A stretch of DNA of 64,000 bases, taken from a virus. Lineage: Duplodnaviria; Caudoviricetes. Below, one piece after another: positions 48,646-55,988 of this stretch; position 1 is the first letter of the stretch; each line of letters starts with the position of its first letter. The position numbers and the translations under genes were made by a program. The DNA lies in IMG/VR virus record IMGVR_UViG_3300005689_000302, positions 19,204 to 83,203 of that record; one strand, written 5' to 3'. A model generated the notes under the pieces. The model was not told where the DNA came from. It made no database searches and was given only the letters and a program-made list of their open reading frames with translations.

Positions 48646-48990
48646 ATGTCTCTCTCGAAGAATGGGTTGTCGGCAAGCGGCGGTACGGTAGGAATCGGCG
48701 GCGGCGATCGCGACACGCGCATGCGCCACGCAGCGGCAAGCGGCGAACGTCCGCTCCCGCGAAACGGCGGTCGGCGGCCGAAGACGCCCGACCCGACGCC
48801 GGCGGAAATTCGCCAGCGGGCGGAAGCGATTCAAGAAGAATGGAGCGAAGCGACGCGCCTCCTGCGTCTCGTCTCGCGGCCGGCGGCCTGGTCGCCGCCG
48901 CGGGTGCGACTGTGCGACGACTTCACGATCGAGCTGCTCGGCTTGGCCGCGGGCCTGGGCGGCGACGCGTATGGAGACGCCGCCGCATGA
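48646..48990 (+). CDS. Hypothetical protein
   Basis: PTPAEIRQRAEAIQEEWSE motif. Operon packing. Confidence 0.5.
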   Translation: MSLSKNGLSASGGTVGIGGGDRDTRMRHAAASGERPLPRNGGRRPKTPDPTPAEIRQRAEAIQEEWSEATRLLRLVSRPAAWSPPRVRLCDDFTIELLGLAAGLGGDAYGDAAA

Positions 48991-49238
48991 CAAAAGAACT
49001 TCGTTTGCAGCGCGACGGGCATCTGTTCGTTCTGCGCTATGACGACTCGCGGCCGTGCCTGGCGGTGCAAGCGTGCTTGATGTGGCTCGGCGACCTCGAG
49101 CTGCCGTTTCGCTTCGGCGACCTGGCGAACGTCACCCGCTACGTCCGGGCGACAACGCCGCGGCTGGTGGCGCCGGTGCCGCCGATCGCTTTATCCGAGC
49201 TCGACGTATGGGAGCGATTCTGTGGCGACGATCGTTGA
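48987..49238 (+). CDS. Hypothetical protein
   Basis: ATGA overlap with the upstream ORF. Confidence 0.5.
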   Translation: MTKELRLQRDGHLFVLRYDDSRPCLAVQACLMWLGDLELPFRFGDLANVTRYVRATTPRLVAPVPPIALSELDVWERFCGDDR

Positions 49239-49563
49239 CTTCCATAAGCGCGGCCTCGTGCATTGGGCCGGATCCTATCGGCTCGTGGGCGGCGCTGGGC
49301 TGGCATTCAGCATTTGCGGGAAGGCGCAAGCGTTTGTTGACGCCGGCGACGATCCGAACGGGGATGATCGCTACGACGAGCTGGGCGGCGGGCACGAAAT
49401 CACTTGCGACGAGTGCCTCCGCGGATACATCGCGGCGACGATCCGCAACAAGCCGATTCCACCGCCGAGCGCTAACGACGAAGCGATCGCCGCCGAGGCG
49501 ACGGAAGTTTCTATTTCCCTGGGGCAAGAAGGAGTATTTGAGATATGGCCATTCGCGAGTTAA
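49222..49563 (+). CDS. Hypothetical protein (CxxC)
   Basis: ITCDEC. Operon packing. Confidence 0.5.
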   Translation: MATIVDFHKRGLVHWAGSYRLVGGAGLAFSICGKAQAFVDAGDDPNGDDRYDELGGGHEITCDECLRGYIAATIRNKPIPPPSANDEAIAAEATEVSISLGQEGVFEIWPFAS

Positions 49564-49886
49564 AGCTCGAAACACTGCCGCTGCTCGACAACGGCCGCGT
49601 TGTGGAAGCGCTCCACCAAGCGCTCAAGCGGGCGGCGCTCGACTGTGAGGATCGGCCCGGCGAAAAGAAGTCGCGGCTTGTAAATCTGCAAATTGAGATT
49701 TCGCCGCATCTGGACCAAGACGGGTTGTTTGACACCTGCGATATGCACGCGCAAGTCAAGGAAACCTTTCCGACGCGCAAAACGCGGAAATACAACCTCG
49801 GCTACCGCAAAGGCGGAATGCTGACGTTCAACGATTTATCCCCCGACAACTTCCATCAAACGACGATCGATCAGGACGAGGACTAA
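49545..49886 (+). CDS. Conserved phage protein, probable partner of the DUF2303-like gene
   Basis: AAGGAG RBS. LDNGRVVEALHQAL...SRLVNLQIEI. Confidence 0.65.
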   Translation: MAIRELKLETLPLLDNGRVVEALHQALKRAALDCEDRPGEKKSRLVNLQIEISPHLDQDGLFDTCDMHAQVKETFPTRKTRKYNLGYRKGGMLTFNDLSPDNFHQTTIDQDED

Positions 49887-49889
49887 GCC

Positions 49890-50651
49890 ATGCTGCAAGA
49901 GCTATTTGAGAAACTAACCTCCACGATCCGCCAAGCGGATTTGGCAAAGGTCATCGAATTTGATGAGCGTACGAAGATCGTTCAGCAAGGCGACAAGCTC
50001 GAGTGGCGCAATGTTGAGGCGAAGCCGCGGTCGCATGAGGTCGAAACATTTGCCTCGTTCGTCGACGCGGCGAAAAATTGGGGGGCGGCGAAAGGCGTCG
50101 TGTGGCACAAGCGAAACAGCGTCGAGTTAGTGGCGAATGACCAAGACGATCGTCTCGATCGCATTTGCGCCACGCTCACCGACACCGCTCCGTTTGAGCT
50201 TCTTGAAACTCTGGCCGCTGAAAAACGCTGGATGCCGCATCGCGATTTCGTGTTGATGCTGCGCCACGATCTGACCGACGTTTTCGACGTCGAGTTCGTT
50301 CGCGCCGTTCGCTCGATCGACTTCCAAGCGCATGATGGCGCGATTTCGACGGTGGATCGCGGCCGCGATACCCTTGGCCGGAGCGTCGACGCTGTGGTCA
50401 GCAATATGGAGTCGCTCGATCGCTGGGAGCGAGTGTTCGCGAAAGTCGATGTTTATGAGGAGCGCGATTGGTTTGTTAAACGGAGCGTCGAATGCATGTT
50501 CGATGTCGATCCGACGACGCGCAAGCTCATGCTTCGGCCGATCGCCGGGCAGATAGAAAACGCGATCGACGACACGCATCAAGAGATTCAAACGGCGCTG
50601 TCTTCAGCGCTCAAGGAAGCGAAGATTCCCGTTTTCCGCGGAAATCATTAG
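49890..50651 (+). CDS. DUF2303-like protein
   Basis: SFVDAAK...FVLMLR...SIDF...IPVFRG pattern, paired with the upstream ORF. Confidence 0.55.
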   Translation: MLQELFEKLTSTIRQADLAKVIEFDERTKIVQQGDKLEWRNVEAKPRSHEVETFASFVDAAKNWGAAKGVVWHKRNSVELVANDQDDRLDRICATLTDTAPFELLETLAAEKRWMPHRDFVLMLRHDLTDVFDVEFVRAVRSIDFQAHDGAISTVDRGRDTLGRSVDAVVSNMESLDRWERVFAKVDVYEERDWFVKRSVECMFDVDPTTRKLMLRPIAGQIENAIDDTHQEIQTALSSALKEAKIPVFRGNH

Positions 50652-50954
50652 GAAGCGCGCGGCCCGCTCTGGCCGCCGAACGGTGGGTCGCCGCGTTGTG
50701 AAAGCGAGACGCGGCGAGACATCGACGAGCCCGCTGGCCCGGTGCGTGGCGGGGCGGTTTGTCCTTCCCCTTTCGTGGCTTCTTAGGGAAGGCCGGCCGC
50801 CGAAATACGGCCGTGGAGGGAAGTAGCAGATGCTCCGCTCTGGCCTTTCCGGTCCGTCGGCGGCTGTCATACGACGCCGGCGGACCGGAAGGCTGGGCGG
50901 GGCCTGAGTCGGCCATTTTCAATTTTCCATTTTCAACTTTCCATTCGATTTCTC

Positions 50955-51299
50955 ATGCCCACCCAACTCGCCAAGCGTCCCGCCTCGCGGGAGTCGGTTC
51001 ATCCCCAAATGGAAGCGCTCGTCGCTTCATTCCCCTGCCTGCGCAAAGCCGTTGGCGGCTCGCCGTGGGATGCGTTTCGCTTCGCCCGCTGGGCGACGCA
51101 AACGGAGCTCTCGCCGGCCGATCGGCAAGCGGCCGCCTTTGTGCTCGCCGTCTGGAATGGCGGCGACGAAGACGGGGCCTGGTGGAACGAGAAGCCGTAT
51201 GGCGTCGGGCGGTTCGACCTGGTGCTGGCGACGGCGCTGTGGGATCGCCGGCATAAAGAGGCGTTTGGGAAGTGGTTTGCGAATCCGTTTTGGCCGTGA
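50955..51299 (+). CDS. Hypothetical protein
   Basis: AAFVLAVWN..FDLVLA..WD..H..AF..W..NPFWP. Confidence 0.65.
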   Translation: MPTQLAKRPASRESVHPQMEALVASFPCLRKAVGGSPWDAFRFARWATQTELSPADRQAAAFVLAVWNGGDEDGAWWNEKPYGVGRFDLVLATALWDRRHKEAFGKWFANPFWP

Positions 51300-51344
51300 A
51301 AGAACTTATGTATTTACGGAATGCGATCGTCGGGAATCCGCGGC

Positions 51345-51552
51345 CCTCATTGTTAGTCGGCTACCAACCGACGTCAGGGACTCGCAACCCTGAATGGCGA
51401 GCAGTCGAACGGCCCAGAGCGCCGATCGAGCCTCTCGCCGGAGTCCAAGAGTCGCCGCAAGGCGAGACCGAAAAGGCTTCGGATGATATGGACCGAGGCA
51501 ATTCCTTCCCGGAGGGCCGCGGTTTTCCGGCGATCGCTTCCATCTTTTTTTT
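51345..51552 (+). ncRNA. tracrRNA-like structured RNA
   Basis: Several hairpins (one GCAA tetraloop), loop CTCGCAA (51381-51387) and GCAATTCCTTCCCGGA (51498-51513) complementary to the repeat 3' half. Ends in T8. The 5' boundary is approximate. Confidence 0.75.
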
Positions 51553-51576
51553 GTCCATGTTCTTAAGGATTTCCGA

Positions 51577-52128
51577 ATGACCAGAAAAATGACCAGCAGT
51601 CAGAAGCACGCCGAGCTCAAGCGCCTGTCGAAGGAGATTCATACGAACATCTTCCAGATGGCGCGGCTCGCCTCGGAACTGCTCGATGACATCGAATACG
51701 TCGACTCTTGCGGCGGAGAAGGGGCGTTGCTCGACCAGCTTCAGCAAAAGGAGTTTTCACACTTTGGCGGTTCGCCGTCGGTGGCGCAGTTGGTGCGCGC
51801 CTATCGGGCGAATGGAAAAGAAGAAGCATGGCGTCAGCGCGGCTTCAACGTCTGGGCGATGATCGAACTGGCCAACCCACCGGCGGCGCGGACCAGTGGC
51901 GCCAGCTCCAATGGCCAGCCTAAAAAGTCGGTTAAGGAATTGGAGGCGACACTTGCGGAGCGCGAGGCGGCTTTCGGCAAGGAACGATCCACGAGCGAAG
52001 CGACGATCGCAGAGCTGCAAGCCAAGGTAGAGGTGTTAGAGAAAGAGAATCGTCAACTTCGCAGACGAATTGAAACGCTGGAGCGCGACTTGAACGAGCG
52101 AGCCAGTCAGCAAGCGGCGATGGCGTAA
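51577..52128 (+). CDS. Hypothetical protein with a C-terminal coiled coil, inside the CRISPR locus
   Basis: Helical N-terminus and IAELQAKVEVLEKENRQLRRRIETLE leucine-zipper-like tail. Confidence 0.75.
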   Translation: MTRKMTSSQKHAELKRLSKEIHTNIFQMARLASELLDDIEYVDSCGGEGALLDQLQQKEFSHFGGSPSVAQLVRAYRANGKEEAWRQRGFNVWAMIELANPPAARTSGASSNGQPKKSVKELEATLAEREAAFGKERSTSEATIAELQAKVEVLEKENRQLRRRIETLERDLNERASQQAAMA

Positions 52129-52145
52129 GGCGTTACGTCGAGACC

Positions 52146-52775
52146 GTTGCGCGAGGCATGGGTTCGGGAGGGAATTGCGAGAGAGCGAGTCCCCGGAAGG
52201 AGTCCGCCTAAGTTGCGCGAGGCATGGGTTCGGGAGGGAATTGCGAGTGCAGCCATACGGCACGCGCCCGGTGATCGGTTGCGCGAGGCATGGGTTCGGG
52301 AGGGAATTGCGAGTTGTCGCGGCGGGGAATGATCGGTGCGCCGGTTGCGCGAGGCATGGGTTCGGGAGGGAATTGCGAGGAAAATGCGGTCCGGCTCCGG
52401 AAGTGGTCAGTTGCGCGAGGCATGGGTTCGGGAGGGAATTGCGAGAAATGGCCCGCGTGGGGGCACACTTCGCGAGTTGCGCGAGGCATGGGTTCGGGAG
52501 GGAATTGCGAGAGCAGTTCGTCGGCCCACTTCTTCATATTCGTTGCGCGAGGCATGGGTTCGGGAGGGAATTGCGAGTCAAGATATTCGCTCAGGCAATC
52601 CGGGCGCGTTGCGCGAGGCATGGGTTCGGGAGGGAATTGCGAGTACCTGGTCATCTGGAACTCTTGGGAACGAGTTGCGCGAGGCATGGGTTCGGGAGGG
52701 AATTGCGAGCGCCAACGCGGTTAGAGAAAGATCGATTTCGTTGCGCGAGGCATGGGTTCGGGAGGGAATTGCGAG
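52146..52775 (+). CRISPR. CRISPR array: 10 identical 36-nt repeats GTTGCGCGAGGCATGGGTTCGGGAGGGAATTGCGAG and 9 spacers of 30 nt
   Basis: Repeats start at 52146, 52212, 52278, 52344, 52410, 52476, 52542, 52608, 52674 and 52740 (66-nt period). Spacers are unique. Confidence 0.98.
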
Positions 52776-52852
52776 TATTCCCAGTTTTGACCGCGTTTGC
52801 GTAACGATATTGGTTCGAAAAAAAAACGCCATCACCATAAGGAAATCCAGCG

Positions 52853-54085
52853 ATGCAATCGATCACATTACTTCGTTTGAAAGTGGAGCCGCGCCACGCT
52901 GCCGAGCTCGCTGAGATAGGAGAGCTTTGTCGACGCGGCCGAAACGCCGCGGTGACGGACTGGCTCTTGCGCCAGCATGGCCTTCCGGAAAGCGACCGCC
53001 AGAGGAAACGTCTGCGGGCGATGTCGGCCAATGAGCGAGACAAACTACTAGCTCGCGGCCTCGATCCCGACGTGCAGCAAAAGAGCGAAAACGCCAAGCT
53101 CTACGCCGCGGTCACTGAGAAAATTCCCGAACTGAGCGGCGCCGTCGCCTCGGTGATCGCTAATTCAGTCGCCTCCTCGTTGTCGAAGCGAATCGATTGG
53201 CGGCGCGGTTTCGATCAAGAGGGAAAACGGCGGCGGATGCGTGACGCGATTCTAGCCGGCGACGACAGACCTCCGTTCACCACTAAACGCGAGATACCAG
53301 TGGTGGGAAAAAAGGCGAGCGTTGCTTTTGACGACACGCTCTCGGTATCGATCCAGCGGCCGACGCAAGCAATCGAATGCCTCACTCTCGGTTTGAGTCT
53401 TCGTCGCTTGCCTGCGCCCCACAAGAAGCTGTTGCGAGCGCTGGCCTCGGGCGCGCGGAAGCTCACCGACTCGAAGCTGGTGATGAAGGATCAGGAGTGG
53501 TTCTGGCACGTTACCTTTTTCGATGAGCGGGAGCGACTGTCGGATGCGCGGGCGGAGCTGTACCCGGTGCTCGCGGGCGAGAGAACGAAATCCTTCGATC
53601 CGTTCCTGCGGATGGAGTTTCCGGAAGACCGCTGTTGGTATGTGGGCGACGGCGCCTATTTGCGGGCGCAGACGCGGCGCTACATCGGACTGCGAAAGCA
53701 GATTGGCTGGCGGTATCGTTTCGGCCATGGTCGGGGGCACGGACGGGAGAAGGTCGACGCCGCCATATCGCGGCGCTACGAACAGGAGCGCAACATGCGA
53801 TCGGAGGTTCTTTGGCGATCGATAAACGACGCGCTTCGCGTTTGCGAGCGTCGAAATTTTGGCGTGCTGGTTTATCACGAGCCGAGCCTACCGCTGCGGG
53901 AAAAGTGCTGGTTTGCCCGCAACGATCAGGGGCTGTCGATCGACTGGAATTGGACGAGTTTTCGCCAACGGCTGATCAATGCGGCGGCTAGGCGGCGGGT
54001 GGAAGTGATCGTTGAACCGTGGAAGCTGAAGGAGGCGATGGCCGATGCCAAAAAGAGAAGCGATTCGCAAGATGATGCCGTGTGA
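52853..54085 (+). CDS. Miniature type V (Cas12f/TnpB-like) effector, RuvC-degenerate and lacking the Zn finger
   Basis: WED/REC-like N-terminus (CRRGRN, ILAGDDRPPF), AELYPV where GxDxG is expected, GHGRGHGR, VLVYHE(343), WNWTSFRQRL..A..V.V, then ends without CxxC or RuvC-III. Lies 77 nt after the array with an AAGGA RBS. Confidence 0.75.
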   Translation: MQSITLLRLKVEPRHAAELAEIGELCRRGRNAAVTDWLLRQHGLPESDRQRKRLRAMSANERDKLLARGLDPDVQQKSENAKLYAAVTEKIPELSGAVASVIANSVASSLSKRIDWRRGFDQEGKRRRMRDAILAGDDRPPFTTKREIPVVGKKASVAFDDTLSVSIQRPTQAIECLTLGLSLRRLPAPHKKLLRALASGARKLTDSKLVMKDQEWFWHVTFFDERERLSDARAELYPVLAGERTKSFDPFLRMEFPEDRCWYVGDGAYLRAQTRRYIGLRKQIGWRYRFGHGRGHGREKVDAAISRRYEQERNMRSEVLWRSINDALRVCERRNFGVLVYHEPSLPLREKCWFARNDQGLSIDWNWTSFRQRLINAAARRRVEVIVEPWKLKEAMADAKKRSDSQDDAV

Positions 54086-54344
54086 GGTCTGCGCGGCTGA
54101 GGTGTCGATGGGAGGCGAGGCGTTGATTGAGGCGAGCGAAGGAAAGCGGACGGTTTTGTGTGGTCGCTGCCGCCGGTACGTTTCTTCGTCGCGCTGCCGA
54201 GTCTCTCAATTACCGTCCGAGGCGTCGGCTCCGGCCGTTGGACTGGCGAGGAAATCCGGCAAAAGCGCCAAGCACAAGCGGGGCCTAGCGAGCTGTCCAC
54301 TGCGCAGAATGTTGTAACCATCTGACGAAACCGCCAAACCACGG

Positions 54345-55436
54345 ATGGCCAAGCGCCGACCAACCATCGACCCCAACAACCGACCGCTCTTGGCGGAAGC
54401 CGAAGAGCAATCCCGGCGGAATTGGGCGTTGATCCGGTTGGCGCGGCTGCCTGTGTCGGCGGCGGAAGTTCGCTTGGTGCGACGGTTGTTGGAGCGGGTC
54501 TTCGCCATGAGCTCACGATTTCCGTGGCAGGTAACCAACGAGCAACTGGCCGAAGACTTAGACGTTGGCGTCCGAACGCTGCAGCACGCCAAAAGCGTGG
54601 CAAAGCGCCTCGGCGTCCTAAAGATCGAAATGGATTGCGGGTCTGGTGGTCGGCGCGCGGATCGTTTGAGTGTCAATCTCGATGGCTTGCGCGCCTACCA
54701 GAAGCAGCATGAACCGCCATGCGAAATCGGCGCGGCGCCGCGCAAAGTTCGCATGGCGCCGCGCAAAGTTCGCATGGCGCCGCGCGAAAACAGCGCGGCC
54801 TATAAGGAAAGGTCCAGTTCCTCTTCCAGTATTAGTTCCAAAGAACCTTCCCCTTCAGTTTCCAGCGATCCCGCCGCGAAGCGCTCCGTTCCCGAGGCCG
54901 CGGAAGACTGGCAAACCGTGGAGGGGGCTCTTGGAAAGCTGGGGATGGAAGCGGCCGGCCGCTGCGCGGCGATGGCTCGGTGGAAAGGATACGCGCTGGC
55001 GGAAATGCAAGCGCTGATCGCCTATTGGCAAGAGCATCCCGGCGCGTGGCGCATCGGCGCGCTGTGGTCGCGGATCGAGAACTCGGCCGCCGGGCGAGCG
55101 ATCGCCGAGGGCTGGCCGCCGATGGATGAAAGCTACCTCCGGCAAGCCGAATGGCGGGCGCGCGTCGAGCGCGAACGCCAGCAAGCGGCGGCGGAAGTGG
55201 CGAAGGACGTGGCGCGGCGGGCGGAAGCGCAAGCGAAGCTGGCCGAGCTGCAGGCCCTCGAAGCGAAGCACCTGCCGGGCCTCGAAGCGCTCGACCGGGA
55301 ATCGCTGCTCGCGCTGGCGGGCGAGCTGTTCGGCGACGGTCTGCTCTTGCAGCGGTTTGAAAAGCTCGGCCTGGCCGACGACTCGCTGCGGTGGTTGTTG
55401 ATGGAACGATTGGATAAGCGGGGCTCTGGCCCCTGA
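54345..55436 (+). CDS. Replication initiator (N-terminal wHTH)
   Basis: VTNEQLAEDLDVGVRTLQHAKSVAKRLGVLKIE HTH and a Ser-rich linker carrying tandem repeats. Confidence 0.7.
   Translation: MAKRRPTIDPNNRPLLAEAEEQSRRNWALIRLARLPVSAAEVRLVRRLLERVFAMSSRFPWQVTNEQLAEDLDVGVRTLQHAKSVAKRLGVLKIEMDCGSGGRRADRLSVNLDGLRAYQKQHEPPCEIGAAPRKVRMAPRKVRMAPRENSAAYKERSSSSSSISSKEPSPSVSSDPAAKRSVPEAAEDWQTVEGALGKLGMEAAGRCAAMARWKGYALAEMQALIAYWQEHPGAWRIGALWSRIENSAAGRAIAEGWPPMDESYLRQAEWRARVERERQQAAAEVAKDVARRAEAQAKLAELQALEAKHLPGLEALDRESLLALAGELFGDGLLLQRFEKLGLADDSLRWLLMERLDKRGSGP
54734..54789 (+). repeat. Tandem 21-bp repeats (candidate iterons/origin)
   Basis: GGCGCCGCGCAAAGTTCGCAT twice plus a partial third copy, inside the initiator linker. 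Confidence 0.6.
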
Positions 55437-55456
55437 CTCTTTCCCGAAAGGACTCC

Positions 55457-55666
55457 ATGCTCGTACTCGCACGACGCAAGCACGAAGAGATTTACTTGAA
55501 CGCCGGCCGGCCGGATCAAATCACGGTCGCCGTGCTCGACCTGGCCGGCGGCAAAGTTCGGCTTGGGATCGACGCCCCGGCCGACTGCTCGATCTTCCGG
55601 CGGGAAGTGTGGGAAGCGATCCAGCGCGAAGAGCTGCACAAACAAGAACTGAAAGGCGAAGCATGA
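55457..55666 (+). CDS. csrA: Carbon storage regulator CsrA-like protein
   Basis: MLVLARRKHEEIYL...VRLGIDAP....IFRREV. Confidence 0.88.
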   Translation: MLVLARRKHEEIYLNAGRPDQITVAVLDLAGGKVRLGIDAPADCSIFRREVWEAIQREELHKQELKGEA

Positions 55667-55986
55667 GTATCGTCATCTTCAAATCGCCGAGTGACCTGTT
55701 GATCGAGCAAGAAGCGGAAGCGCTCCAAGACTTGTGGGAGTCGGCCGTTCGCTGGCGGGCCTTCCATCGCCAGCTTTGCACGCAAATCGACTGCGACGCC
55801 GAACTGGCGATCGTCGCCACGATCGCGCACCTGGTCGGCGTGCAAGCCTCGCTGTCCAACGGGGAGGCGATCGTCAAGAAGCTTTCCTCGCTCGAAGCGA
55901 AGGAAGCGATGGCCGGCGATGCGAAGAAGGCGATGGCGGCGTCTCTGGAAGACTTTTTGAAGAAGCTCGGGGAGGGGAAGAAGTAG
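55663..55986 (+). CDS. Hypothetical protein
   Basis: ATGA overlap with csrA. Confidence 0.55.
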   Translation: MSIVIFKSPSDLLIEQEAEALQDLWESAVRWRAFHRQLCTQIDCDAELAIVATIAHLVGVQASLSNGEAIVKKLSSLEAKEAMAGDAKKAMAASLEDFLKKLGEGKK

Positions 55987-55988
55987 CG

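Noticed and set aside
46971-49238. 755-aa ORF spanning the integrase
   Set aside because: Arg/Ala-rich shadow frame. The integrase frame has the catalytic motifs, and only the last 83 codons (from 48987) look real.
52776-52852. Eleventh degenerate repeat after the array
   Set aside because: The sequence 30 nt after repeat 10 (GATATTGGTTCG...) does not align convincingly with the repeat.
52175-52914. Several ORFs with repeated peptides (CARHGFGRELR, SQFPPEPMPRAT, LREAWVREGIA)
   Set aside because: Artefacts of the 66-nt CRISPR period being divisible by 3.
52853-54085. IS200/IS605 TnpB transposon or Cas12k CAST
   Set aside because: No tnpA, IS ends, or tnsB/tnsC/tniQ. A true repeat-spacer array and a separate tracr are present instead.
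54045-54317. Small CxxC ORF after the effector as a split-off Zn finger
   Set aside because: It has CEVC and CGRC, but it is in a different frame, has no RuvC-III-like Asp motif and no slippery site is evident. Too weak to call, though worth checking in homologues.
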